This document shows positions 22,386 to 34,371 of a stretch of DNA of 64,000 nucleotides, piece by piece. The stretch comes from Naegleria gruberi. Lineage: Eukaryota. How positions within the stretch are numbered: the first letter of the stretch is position 1; the number at the start of each line of letters is the position of its first letter. The stretch lies in NCBI GenBank assembly GCA_000004985.1, contig GG738869.1; one strand, written 5' to 3'. The translations under genes and the position numbers were made by a program. Under the pieces are notes generated by a model. The model had not been told where the DNA came from and did no database searches. It saw nothing but the letters and a program-made list of their open reading frames with translations.

Positions 22386-24134
22386 ATTTTAAATAATTAT
22401 TTAAATAATTTTTATAAATAATTTAATTGTATTAAAAAAATGTCTCCACACTTTAACCTCGAATTTTATTCGAGAAGCACAACAGTAATAGATGAAAGCA
22501 CTCTCGGTGGGCTTGATTTGATAATAACACACTTATACATCCTCTTGTAGGAGTATAATTAGTGTTGTTGTTGTGAGTTGAGGACGTTATTTTAATTCCT
22601 TTTCCCTTCTTCCAAAGTTTCCTGTTCAAACTTTGTTGCTTCCGTAAATCATATTATCAACAGGAAAGATCATTTAACTGCGAGCATCGTTGTTGGATAC
22701 AAACTATGCATTGACAATTCTTTTAATTATCTTGAATGTTTGGTAATTGATGGCAATGTTCATATAATCAACTCTCACCAAAGAAGAATTCTAAAATATA
22801 TCTAATGATCAGGCTGTTGATTTTCAACAACATACAGGTATTCGGAGCTATTGTAAAATAATTGTTTTACTTTGATGATTCAAATGGTTTTCAACAACTA
22901 ACATAATTCTTATCCATCTTGCAAAAAAAGAGGATACCATGACAGCAATCAACTTATATCAATATTGAAAAATCATTAGGAAATTATTCAGAAGTAGCAT
23001 GCATTGTAATTGTTGCGTTCAAAACATTTCTCAACATTAAATTCTTTCTCCACAATCAAACCCTGCTCAGCAACAATCAGAAGAGGAGCCATCTTTTAAT
23101 CTAACTTGCCATCTATGTTGAAGGAATGTACATTTAGAAATCAGTGATGTTCACCCTGAATGTGATGGATCTTTTTCTGGCTACTTGTATTGGTTGCTCC
23201 AGTAATTGCACATATGGAGGCTCTTTTAATGTTTCCAATAACCAAACTATGCTGGTGATTCCACTCCCAACCAAAACCCTATCAAAAAGAATTCTTCTAT
23301 ACAACTAGTATGAGTCATAGAGCTGTTGTCTTTCGTCCACTTTTAATAATAATATATGGTATGCTTTTGTTCAGGCTGTAATGTTTCGAGTGCAATTCAA
23401 CACCAGTGTTTTCATTCCAACCATGATTGGATCATATCTCCAAAGAGGACACTGGGTATTATTACTATTTAAAGTTGGCTACTAATAGTGAAATCTACTT
23501 GTTCGATCCAATGTTGGATGCCAAGTTCACTAGTGCTGAGCTGGCTATTGATATTTCAGATATCCTTTTTGTTTGTTGTCACTACCACCCTATTATTCAA
23601 CTTCTAGGTTTACGTTTCAAGAATCATGGGTTTATTTGGTTTAAGATGTTATGTTTCAGTATTCACGTAAATATGATGCAAGGAGGACACTTATTGCTGC
23701 TGTGGTGGTAATAGTAGCATTACCTTAGGTGTTGTAGTGTATACTACTTCATCATCTATTAATACTTATTCTCCAATTACTCAAACAAAGACAATTTCAA
23801 TCAACATTCACTATGTCAGTGCTTAATTATTCCAAGTTGTACTAAAACAACATCACTAACAAGGTGCTAAACAACTATGCTTTCCATTTCAACGCAGAGG
23901 CATATGTCTTGCGTTTGGGGCAGAGATTTAGTGCTTGAATAGTGGTTAAACAACAATGGATGGGCATTTTGGCAACTGGTTTTCAGTAGCTTCACATTCA
24001 TGTTGTTTGACTTAACAAACACTTTGGCTGCAATCTATTCACTCTTTATCCATCATTTATTCATCATTTACACCAATACTGTATTGTTTACATTTTGTAT
24101 GCTAGCTGGTTATTATTATTAATCATTAAAAAAA

Positions 24135-26864
24135 ATGGGAGTAGCGACACTTTTTACCAAAGCTGACGTTTTAAATTCCCACAACATCAAAAAGCAAAAA
24201 GAAACCAAACGTCCTGCCTTTGAAGGTGATAATGATAGATCGATTGTGGCGGCAATTAAAAAAACAAAACAACAAGCATCCAACGACTTTGAGTATTACA
24301 AGACATACAAAGAAACAGATTTCACTAATGAACAGAATTTTAGTTCAATAATTTATCAGATAATGCTAGTTCTATTGCCCTATTTTGTTTTTAAAATAAC
24401 CTCAGGATTATTAGATTTTGAATCAATATTATTATACTTTCTAGTCTCCACAAAAAAAGGCAAAGATTTATTAGCACAAGCCAATCTATATAGTACTGAG
24501 GGTGTTTCTTGGTGTGAAGCAATAGTATTTAAAGCAATTTGTAATGCAGATATAAGTATAGGGAGTTATGGTAGATTTATTGGTTGTTTAGAAGAATCTA
24601 GTAAATCAGACACATCCAGAAATAAGAAAAAGGCAAGACATTTTTTACCATCACTCTCTACAATAACAAAATATTCAAGTAGTTTACATCAAGTATTAGA
24701 TATCAATCATGCTGCAGATAGCGAAGGACTTTATTGGAGAATATTTTGTTCATCCATAGAACTTAATGACAGGACATTCAGATATGCAACGCTTCAAAAT
24801 GCAGAATTGTTTTTATTCTCATTTATTCGCTACCATGAAATGATCATAGGAGAATATATCTTCTTTGTAAAGATAAGATGTACTGTTGATGGTTCACCTT
24901 TAGAGGGAGCCTGTACTGCGTATGATATTGTATTAATTCATCCCAAGATAGATCCATTTTGTGCTCGTAATTATATTTCTGTTATTATTGCCGAGCCTAA
25001 AGAGGAAATAGCGTTCAAATTAAACATCTGGGATTTCTCTCGCCAGTTAATGCGTATCACACAGTTGAAATACTCTGTACCTAATGAAGAAACAAGAATT
25101 ATTCCTGTAAAATTTATTACCAACCCTGATAAGGGCGCCTTTAACAAAATTATAGATGTGGAAAAGGTAACGCCAATTTGTGATCCTATTTTTAATTTGG
25201 TAAATCTTTATTGCCTATTATCAATGATTTTCAATACAGATAATTCCTTAATACTACCTCTAATTCCAACAATAAGAGGAGATTGTAATAATGATAGCAA
25301 CAAAGCAAAAGGACAAGCAAATCTAGCAAAGGTTATGGAAATTAAAAAGATTATGCCTGAAACGTTACCTTATTACCACAACATTCCAACAAAATCCCAA
25401 ATATTTACTGATTTTCAATTAGATGAAGATTCTATTTTTTTAATTGAAAAATTTATCATTAAGAAACCTCAAACAGATTATTTATGTTGTATGTTTTGTT
25501 ATTTAACTAAACAAACAAAAAGAATAGCATTGAAGTATCCTGATTTGTGTACATGGAAATGGTACAGATCAAACGAAAGCTCAAGTAATGCTTTAGGCTG
25601 GCCTTTTAAAAGTTTTTCATGGTGTCTTTCGCATGATATAAGAGCCTGTGGTCAGAATCTTATTGAAGAAGAGGTGGGACAAATTGAAGAAGATAGACAA
25701 TATTTTGCCAAATTATTCAGTTCTGAATCTCCAATTGCCTCTTTGAAATGTGGTTCTAAAAAGCTAATTAATGAACAACTAGATGCCAACCTTGTTTCTG
25801 AATTTGAGTTTTGTCAATGGAGTGTATTTGAATTAAAGGTGAAAGAAGAAAAAAAGAAAAACAAAACAGGAACAGAGCTACGAACTAGTTCAGTTAAACT
25901 AATCTATGATCAGATTTTGTTTAAACAAATAGACAAAATTATAATGACAATAGATGTTTGGTATCCTCATTGGCTCACATATCGAGAAAACAAACAATTA
26001 CAGGTTTGTCAATCCCTTAACAATAATCAATCATTTGAAGATTGTACAAATGAAGAACACTCCAAGCGAGGAACATACAAACCAAAAAACTATGAACATA
26101 TATGGAAAGCTCTTCAAAAAACATACATTACTCTTCGCCAACCAAAATCTAAATGGTTAGAATGGAAGAAAACTGGATATCAAGAGCCATTGCTAATATT
26201 TAAGAATTTAAATAAGGTTTGGATAAAAGATATTTTAGGAAGAATATCAGAATATTTACACATTCATCAACATGCAGATATTGTGTTCGATGAAGTAGAA
26301 GAATCATTCGTAACAACATCAAACATTGGATCTGAATCTAAAAATTCTTTAAGAAGGAAGCGTCATGTTTCATTTGGAGTTAATGGTGGTTTAAGACATC
26401 CTTGTGATGATTCTTTATATTATGACAGCAAAAGAATTCTTAATGAATTGAAGATCCTTGCTGAGACTCCTAATATTATTGCAAGACAAGATGAGATCAA
26501 AAGAAAACAAGTTTCCGAAAAAGAAAAACTCACACAACCAAAAAAGAAAAGAAAATCTGAAACTACTACACAACCCAATCCAATAAGCTCAACCAATTCC
26601 TCAATTAATTATATCAATCCTTCCCTATTACAACCTCTACTTCCAGATAATTTTAATTCAATTACATTACACAATCAACACTCCTTCTCACCTCCTATAT
26701 ATATTCATCCTCTTCAACTCCAACCTCCACTAACTAACAATTTAACATTTTCTCAATTCAATCCTTCTCAAAATTCCAATAACCAACCAACATCTCCTTA
26801 CCAACCATCATCTCCATTTTCATTCTTTTCATCCTCCAATCCATCACCAAACTCCTTTTTATAA
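24135..26864 (+). CDS. Large hypothetical protein (909 aa) next to the Tet-like gene, with a Ser/Asn/Pro/Gln-rich C-terminal tail
   Basis: Uninterrupted ORF with a verified ATG after an A-run. I see no recognisable domain, but there are Cys-rich patches (DYLCCMFCYL, CTWKWY). Codon usage is AT-skewed (Leu=TTA, Ile=ATA), like the Tet gene and unlike the housekeeping genes in the window. Confidence 0.5.
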   Translation: MGVATLFTKADVLNSHNIKKQKETKRPAFEGDNDRSIVAAIKKTKQQASNDFEYYKTYKETDFTNEQNFSSIIYQIMLVLLPYFVFKITSGLLDFESILLYFLVSTKKGKDLLAQANLYSTEGVSWCEAIVFKAICNADISIGSYGRFIGCLEESSKSDTSRNKKKARHFLPSLSTITKYSSSLHQVLDINHAADSEGLYWRIFCSSIELNDRTFRYATLQNAELFLFSFIRYHEMIIGEYIFFVKIRCTVDGSPLEGACTAYDIVLIHPKIDPFCARNYISVIIAEPKEEIAFKLNIWDFSRQLMRITQLKYSVPNEETRIIPVKFITNPDKGAFNKIIDVEKVTPICDPIFNLVNLYCLLSMIFNTDNSLILPLIPTIRGDCNNDSNKAKGQANLAKVMEIKKIMPETLPYYHNIPTKSQIFTDFQLDEDSIFLIEKFIIKKPQTDYLCCMFCYLTKQTKRIALKYPDLCTWKWYRSNESSSNALGWPFKSFSWCLSHDIRACGQNLIEEEVGQIEEDRQYFAKLFSSESPIASLKCGSKKLINEQLDANLVSEFEFCQWSVFELKVKEEKKKNKTGTELRTSSVKLIYDQILFKQIDKIIMTIDVWYPHWLTYRENKQLQVCQSLNNNQSFEDCTNEEHSKRGTYKPKNYEHIWKALQKTYITLRQPKSKWLEWKKTGYQEPLLIFKNLNKVWIKDILGRISEYLHIHQHADIVFDEVEESFVTTSNIGSESKNSLRRKRHVSFGVNGGLRHPCDDSLYYDSKRILNELKILAETPNIIARQDEIKRKQVSEKEKLTQPKKKRKSETTTQPNPISSTNSSINYINPSLLQPLLPDNFNSITLHNQHSFSPPIYIHPLQLQPPLTNNLTFSQFNPSQNSNNQPTSPYQPSSPFSFFSSSNPSPNSFL

Positions 26865-26897
26865 AATAAAAGGAATAATTTAAATTATAATAATTGT

Positions 26898-27659
26898 TTA
26901 ATATTTATTCCATTTAACAGATTCATCAAGCATAGAGCAGAAATAATCAAATTCAATTCTAATCATCTTCTCTTCAGGTTTGTAAATTAATTTAAATTGA
27001 TTAATTCCAAATTTCCATAAAATACCATCATGCTCCCATTTAAATGCATACCACTTATCACTAAACAAAGGAGGAAGGCTATAATTTCCAGCAAACAACC
27101 AATGATATGTTATCTTTGGAACTATTCTTCCTTCCCTTGCAATGCCACCCTCAATCAACATCTCTTCTTTTAAAATGCTATATGGTTTTGCCTTTTGTAT
27201 TTGATAATCAAAGAATAGCTTTGCTTCGTGATCATCTGTTACAGAAACATAATGTTGATGATGCCACTTGACATTATGGGTTGTATCTGGCTGAGCATTT
27301 CTAATAACTACCTCCTCAATAGTTCTCGGAAGTACCTTTAGGTATCTTGTTGCATAATATTCATCAGAATATTTTTCATCCATTATCTCACGCAGTGTTA
27401 TTGTTGGTAGGGAAGTATCAAAAAAGTATTCAAGTTGTTGTCTTTTCTCTAATGGTATGTTCACTTTCTTACTCTCTTCACTGCCTTCAAGAATGTTTGT
27501 TACTTGGCGTTTAGCTGTTTTCAAATCATCAACCTTCTCTACAACAAAACGTATTTTGTTTGTATTGTTATTCTTCTCCAACGATTTATTCATAGCTACC
27601 CTCTTACTTTTGCTCAACCTGTATACTTCAAACGTTACTTCTGTTTTGTTGGTGACCAT
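26898..27659 (-). CDS. Hypothetical protein (253 aa)
   Basis: Single ORF with a verified ATG. I recognise no family. The W/Y/F-rich C-terminal half looks like a beta-sandwich. Confidence 0.4.
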   Translation of the reverse strand: MVTNKTEVTFEVYRLSKSKRVAMNKSLEKNNNTNKIRFVVEKVDDLKTAKRQVTNILEGSEESKKVNIPLEKRQQLEYFFDTSLPTITLREIMDEKYSDEYYATRYLKVLPRTIEEVVIRNAQPDTTHNVKWHHQHYVSVTDDHEAKLFFDYQIQKAKPYSILKEEMLIEGGIAREGRIVPKITYHWLFAGNYSLPPLFSDKWYAFKWEHDGILWKFGINQFKLIYKPEEKMIRIEFDYFCSMLDESVKWNKY

Positions 27660-28045
27660 AGAAAATACTTGTTTGTTTTGTTTTGATTTTGTTGTTGCTC
27701 ATGTTGTTGTTGATATGTGGTGTTGTTGATGTTATTGTATTTTTTTTTACGTGAGTTTACAAATTGAAAAACAAGCAAGAATGAAACGCGGTGAAATTAC
27801 GATCAGGATTTGAAAAAATATCAAAAAAGACGTTACATAACAAACAAACCTCGTAACCGATCATCAACACTTGTACAACTTGACTCTTAACAAGTATTGT
27901 TGTTGTGGGAAGATTTTAATCTTCGTAACAAACTTCATCATCATCCGACTTTTTTAAAAACTCTCTTATCATCATCAACAAGAAGTGATTTTGTACTAGT
28001 ATTGTATTTTGGTAGTTTAATTATAATACAAGAAGATTAACCATC

Positions 28046-30412
28046 ATGGGAGGAGAAACTGAACCATCTAACGAAGCTCTAATATCACCAATTACACCTT
28101 TTTCAACCATTATTCCAAATACCTATTCTCAACAACAAGCTAATTTTGATTCAAGTACAATATCCGAAGAGAGGAATGATGGTGATAGTATCAATAGAGT
28201 TACCTCTCTTCCACCATTACCATCATTAGACTCTCCCAAGAAAAAACCTCTTCCATCCATTAACACTCTTTCTCCACCAAGAAAGACTTCAAAACCACTC
28301 CCACCAAGACCAACACAAACCTCTACGGAAATTAATAATTTAGTATTTTCTCATCCCTCTGCTATGAATACAACTTATTCTTCCGATAATTTTACCACCA
28401 ACAATCCATCCTATCCATCCACACCTCCAAAAGTTTTGTTCCGAGATTATACTGAGAATAATTTAGAGCCAGCTTCCAGTATTAATACATATAATTACGA
28501 GTTTGCAAATATAAACCCTGAACCAATATCACATATATTTACAAATGTAGATGGTAGTATGCACCGTAGTTCCTCCTTTGCGGGTACTTTGGTCAACAGA
28601 CGTTCAATTCCTTCGAATGTTGGTTTAAACTCTATACAGGAGGAAGCTATGATTCGTACTCAAAGTTATGACAAATTTAAATTGGACGAATTAAAGAAAC
28701 AAGGATCGACTGCTGCTGGCAATAATAACGGAAATAATAATAATAAGAGACATAAGAAAATATTTTATAATACTGAATTTTTGGAGAAATGCGGATTTAG
28801 TAATAATTCTATTGAACAGCAACAAATCAAACAACTGAAACAGGATGAACTTCAAGAGGAACAGATTCGTAGAATGCATTCTGAACAAGAACAAAAAATG
28901 AAGCAAATGGAATTAGAAGAGTTGGCTCTCGTCAACCGAACTTTACAACAAGAGTTCAGTTTTTCAGAATTTTTAACTTCTCAACCAAAATACTCATGGA
29001 GTGACTTTTTTGCCCATAACAAGAATGCATTTAGTTTAATCAGAGCTATGGCATCTCAATGGTCATGGGGAGAAATGACCTTGGGACTCGAATATTTTGC
29101 AAGAAGTAAGGGCAAGATGAAACGTGATTTTACTCAATTCAAATTAGAGTCAGATTTAGAGAGACTGCCAGCTTCAAACGTTGAGGTTTGGAGACATTAT
29201 GCACGTTTAACCTATCAAGTTTTTAGAGACTCGATAGAGGACATACCAAGGAACACCCGTTTGGAACTTCACAAAATTATTGCCTACGATAGAACTCAAC
29301 AAGCCATGAGACCTGGATATTTTCTGTGTGTGGACGACTATACAAAATCGGTTCTGGTTATTTTTAGAGGAACAAAATCATTTAGTGATATTCTGACTGA
29401 TTTGCACTGCTCCTCTATTCGTTACAAACATGGATATTGTCACAAAGGAATTTTGACAGCTGCTCAATATTTTGATTCGAACAAATTCATCAAGGAAGTG
29501 GTTAAAAGAACTCTTGAGCATCATCCAGGATACAAATTAAGGTTGCTGGGTCATAGCTTGGGTGGTGGTACTGCAGCTATATTGTCCACTATGTGGAAGA
29601 AAGACTTTCCTGATATTCACTGTTATGCATTTGCATGTCCACCAGTTTTATCACAAATTTTAGCTGACGAATGTGCTGACTATGTTACAAGTTTTGTAAA
29701 TGGTGATGATTTTGTAACAAGATTATCAATGACAGCTGTTCACGAATTGAGAAAGGAAGTACAGAACTATCCTTGGAAGGAGGAAATGATGAAAGATATT
29801 CAAAACTCAACACTTGGAAAGTTTGCAGCTGGAGTTAAAAATTATGCATCTGGTTTATTTAGTGGATTATTTGGAGGTAGTAAGAAGGCAGATGTAGTAG
29901 AGCCAATCATAGAAGTTAAAAAGGATGTAATCAAGACAGAACCTATCACCACAAACATTACAACAATAAGTACAGGAGAAGATGCCAAAAGAATTGAGTA
30001 CGATCAATCTAATTCATCGATGGAGGATCAAGATATTTCCAGTTCAAGTAATGCTGATGATGTGCAGAGTACAGATGAGCCTCTTTCCTCAATCTCACAA
30101 AGCACTAATGATGATGTTTTCCCTTCTTCAGGCTCAACTGTTAAAAGAAAAGTTTCCAAAAAACCAAAGAGGAACCCAGATTCTCCACTGATTATTAATG
30201 ATTATGAAAATCTTGTTGTGACTCTCTTCCCAGCTGGTTGTGTCTATCAAATTAGAAATATTGATGACACTGTGTACATAAAAAAGGCCAATAAGGAAGA
30301 CATTACTTCCATAATTTTGAGTGACAGCTACAAGGAAGATCACAGAATGATCAACTATTTATGTAATCTTGATGCTTACAATCCAATAACAACCGAGAGT
30401 AGTGTAATATAA
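28046..30412 (+). CDS. Class-3 (fungal-type) lipase domain protein, DAG-lipase-like, with a Ser/Pro-rich N-terminus
   Basis: 788-aa ORF with a verified ATG. It has the lipase_3 nucleophile elbow GHSLGGGTAAILS and the upstream YFLCVDDYTKSVLVIFRGT motif. The N-terminal 300 aa are low-complexity. Confidence 0.7.
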   Translation: MGGETEPSNEALISPITPFSTIIPNTYSQQQANFDSSTISEERNDGDSINRVTSLPPLPSLDSPKKKPLPSINTLSPPRKTSKPLPPRPTQTSTEINNLVFSHPSAMNTTYSSDNFTTNNPSYPSTPPKVLFRDYTENNLEPASSINTYNYEFANINPEPISHIFTNVDGSMHRSSSFAGTLVNRRSIPSNVGLNSIQEEAMIRTQSYDKFKLDELKKQGSTAAGNNNGNNNNKRHKKIFYNTEFLEKCGFSNNSIEQQQIKQLKQDELQEEQIRRMHSEQEQKMKQMELEELALVNRTLQQEFSFSEFLTSQPKYSWSDFFAHNKNAFSLIRAMASQWSWGEMTLGLEYFARSKGKMKRDFTQFKLESDLERLPASNVEVWRHYARLTYQVFRDSIEDIPRNTRLELHKIIAYDRTQQAMRPGYFLCVDDYTKSVLVIFRGTKSFSDILTDLHCSSIRYKHGYCHKGILTAAQYFDSNKFIKEVVKRTLEHHPGYKLRLLGHSLGGGTAAILSTMWKKDFPDIHCYAFACPPVLSQILADECADYVTSFVNGDDFVTRLSMTAVHELRKEVQNYPWKEEMMKDIQNSTLGKFAAGVKNYASGLFSGLFGGSKKADVVEPIIEVKKDVIKTEPITTNITTISTGEDAKRIEYDQSNSSMEDQDISSSSNADDVQSTDEPLSSISQSTNDDVFPSSGSTVKRKVSKKPKRNPDSPLIINDYENLVVTLFPAGCVYQIRNIDDTVYIKKANKEDITSIILSDSYKEDHRMINYLCNLDAYNPITTESSVI

Positions 30413-30614
30413 TGTAAATAAAATCTCGATTTTTGACCATTAAGGAATTTAATCATTTCACAACAAACAATTAGAAAGCACAATTTTCTTTTTTTGTATT
30501 GGAAAGGGAGCAAGCAATTAATTGAACTCAATTCGGAAATATTGAGCTATAATTTTAGAATGGATGTTGTATTGGTTGTGGTTGTATGGTTGCTAAAATA
30601 ATCAATCCTACAAA

Positions 30615-33600
30615 ATGTCACAACATCAAACAACACTACAACTACTCATTTCCCTGTTTTTATTTTTGATTGTTGTTCAATGCACAGCATCAACAATGGA
30701 ATACAATACTAGTCTATCATTTGGTATTGATACACTGGTTGGCTATGATCCGAATAATGGAAATAATCTTCCTTCAATATATGCCAATTTGAATCCCAAT
30801 AATTTGACATTTGGCACGAATACAAAGATAATGTTCATGTATGATGGTGTTAGGAATGCCATCATGAAACTTGATCTGAAAACAAATCTGATTTCGAAAT
30901 TAATTGATTTAGAATATAGAGCGCTCTCAATATTAGAAACTAGAAATGGAATTTTATTTACAGATGCTCAAGGAAGGAATATTAAAATGTTGGCCAATGA
31001 TTCAATTTCTATTGTGGCAGGAACATTAACAACAGGATATTCAGGTTTGTTGATCTTGGGATGATTTTATTTTAAACTAATATTTGATATTAAAAGGGGA
31101 TGGAATTGCAAACGAAACGAAACTAAACTCTCCAAAGGGATTAATTGAGGATGGTAATGGAAATATTTATTTCATCGATTACTATAATTATAGATTGAGG
31201 AAATTATCAGGTAATATGATTTCAACAATAGCTGGTGATGGAAAGAATGAAAATAATGGAGATGGAGGATCAGCTCTAAAGGCCAACTTGAAAAATCCTT
31301 CCAATCTGGCACTAATTGACCACAACTTATACATTTTATGTGATACAGCAATAAGGAGAATTGATTTAATCACAAGTAAGATTTACAGTTTCTCAGTTGA
31401 AAGTCCATTCAAATTTACTGGAATTTTCCAAGCCAATGGAACAATTTTTGTTCACTCTGCTACTGCAATTGGTAAAATTCAATCCAATCAGAAGATTTCT
31501 ATCATTTCCGGATCAGCATCTGTATCGGGTCCTTCTGTAAATAATATTCCAGCAATTGATGCCTTATTCAAACAAATAAGTTCAATTGGGGTACTTTCGT
31601 CTGAGTTAGGGGATGTTATTTATGTTTATGATTCTTCAAATAATGATATTAGGGTTATTAATGAGACTCGTTTTATTAATCTGTTGGCTGGTGTTAAATC
31701 TTTGAAAGCAAATGTGGATTTATCGGCTCCTTATTTTATTTCTAATGATCCAATTGGACTTGCTGAGCTGATTAATGGTGATTTAGCCTTTTCGCATTCA
31801 GGTGGAATTGCCAAATATTCCAATGGATTGATAACAAACATAGTCGAATCTTCTAGCCCAATATTAGGAATTGCTTTCTATGAGAAAGAGGATGAGCTCT
31901 ATTATGTGGATTCGAACTCAAAAATTAAAAAGCTCAAAGATGGAGAAACGATACACGTAGCAGGAGCATCGAATGGACAAAATGCAGACAACATTCCAGC
32001 ATCAAAAGCATTACTTTCCTCTCCGTATGGAATTTCAATAGATCAAAGCAATGGAGACATTTATTTCACTGAACAATCAGGAAATAGAATACGAAAGATT
32101 TCTCAAGGAATTTTAACAACAGTTTGTGGAAATGGTCAAGCAGGAGATTCTGGAGATAAAGGGGAGTCCATTAAGGCACTAGTGAATAATCCAAGTGGAA
32201 TTCAGTTTACACAAAATGGAGAGATTTATTTCGCTGATTCAGGTAATAATCGTATTCGAAAGATTGTGAACGGTACCATTAACACAGTTGCTGGGGCAAA
32301 TGTTTGTAATGCTAAGGAAGGATCAAAAATGGCCACTGAAACGGTGTTGAGAAATCCAACTTTCGTTTATGTCTATCCGAATGGTGATTTTCTCATAACA
32401 GAAACAAACTCTCATTTGGTGAGAAGAGTTTCAAAAGGATTTATTTACACTATTGCAGGTACTGGACTATCTGGAGAGGGACCTGATTCAGTTCTGGCTC
32501 TTCAATCAGCTTTAACAAGTCCCAAGTCAATCATTCATTCATTTTCAATGAAACGAGTTGTACTAGTTGATAAGACCAATAGAGTGAGAATCTTAACTCC
32601 TTATTGTGAAGAGGGATATGTATTAGATGTTTATGGAGCATTCTGCATTCCTTTCTGTTTTGGAATTCTTGCAAATGATACAAATACTTGCTCTGGAAAG
32701 GGAGAATGTTCTTCATTCAACAGATGTAATTGTGCAGCATCCTATGGAGGAGAACAGTGTAATATTTCTAAATGTTTTGGAGTATTGGCAACTGACTCAA
32801 AGACATGCAGTGGAAGAGGAAAATGTTTGGATGGAATTTGTGATTGTGGAGGTAAATTCATTGGAACTAATTGTGAAATTCCCATTTGCTATGGAAAAGC
32901 TTCAAACGAGAGTGAAGTTTGTGGCGCTCATGGAAAATGTTCTAATTGGAATACGTGCGAATGTTTGGATAAGTATTCAGGCAGTTCGTGTCAATATCCT
33001 ATTTGTTTCGGCATTGCTTCAACCAGCCCTACTGTTTGCAGTGGAAGAGGAGTATGTACAGGACCAGATTCTTGTAATTGTCAATCTGGATCTTCTGGTA
33101 CTATTTGTGAAGTATCGAGAGAAGAAATTGACAAACAGAATCGAGAGAGAATAATCATAATAATTAGCTCAGTTTCAGGCTCCTTATTCTTATTATTCTG
33201 CTGTATTATTTGGACAATATCGGTATTCATATTCACCAATAGAAAGCTCAACCAACGACACAATGCAGAGCTAGATATGGAAAAGAAACTTCTTGAATTT
33301 GAGTTCAATGATTCACAATCTTCAGTCAGGGAATCAGTCTACCTCTTTTCACAACACCAGAAACCATACTTGATACCAATAGAAGATATTACATTTGTTA
33401 AAAAGATTGGAATTGGAGGATTTTCAAATGTTTATTTGGGAAAGTGGAACCAGTCGTTTGTGGCTGTCAAATCTGTTGAAAATCAAGACGATAGAGCTGA
33501 TGATGTATTTGAAAAAGAAGCACAAACTTTGTGTGCCCTCAAACATCCAAATATTATCACTTTTTATGGAATTTCATTTTCAGAGAGCAGAAAATTGCTG

Positions 33601-34371
33601 ATTGTGGAATATTTTGAAAAGGGAAGTTTAGATAAGTACATTGAAGCACTCACTACAAGGAAGATTAATTGCTCTCTAGAGAAAAAGATCAATTACTTGT
33701 TGCATATTGCTAATGGAATGGCCTATCTTCACTCGTACAAACCTAATCCTATTGTTCACAGAGATTTGAAACCAGCCAATGTTTTAATGTCAGAGAATGG
33801 AATTCTCAAGATATGTGATTTTGGATTGAGTAGAAGTTTGAATTACGAAACCAAGTCAGCCATGACATCCAATATTGGAAGTTTCTATTATTTGTCTCCA
33901 GGTAAGTTGTTTTTGGGTAGTTTATAATAATTTGATCTAAATCTGAAAGAAATGTTAAATGGAAGCAATCAAAAGAAATATGCAACTGCTTTGGATGTGT
34001 TCAGTTTTTCAATCATTGCTTGGGAATTACTTTTTGAAGAGGGAAATCCATACGATTATTCCAACAGAACAAAAGTATTTTATACAATGAATGAGGAAAA
34101 ACAGCTTCGATATGAAAAACTCAGTCCATTTAATGTTCCAACTCTTGTTTCTCAAGGCCTGAGACCACCAATTCCATTCGATTCGTCCGAAAGTTGTAAA
34201 GATTGGTGTAGCTTATTCGCAACCTCTGAAAAAGAACATTATCTCATTATTTTACAATTAACTGATTTGATTAAGCGTTGTTGGGATGAAAGACCCGAAC
34301 AGAGACCTTCATTTATAGAGATTGTGAACATATTATCTCAATTCGAAACTTATTTCTCACATGATTTGTAA
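30615..34371 (+). CDS. Receptor-type protein kinase: signal peptide, NHL beta-propeller repeats, tenascin-type EGF repeats, TM helix, TKL-like kinase; 3 exons: 30615..31044, 31097..33901, 33950..34371
   Basis: Three ORFs are joined by two introns: 31045..31096 (GTTTGT...AAAAG, 52 nt, phase 1, restoring GYSG|DGIANETKLNSP) and 33902..33949 (GTAAGT...GAAAG, 48 nt, phase 1, restoring the kinase YYLSP|E|MLNG, i.e. the APE motif). The protein also has a signal peptide, EGF-like C-x-C repeats, a hydrophobic TM segment and the kinase HRDLKPANV...DFG motifs. Confidence 0.75.

Noticed and set aside
22386-24134. Intact coding gene in the second ORF desert
   Set aside because: All six frames are broken every 20-90 codons. 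Fragments have coding-like composition but no continuous ORF or recognisable motif. I treat the stretch as decayed sequence or possible element remnants.
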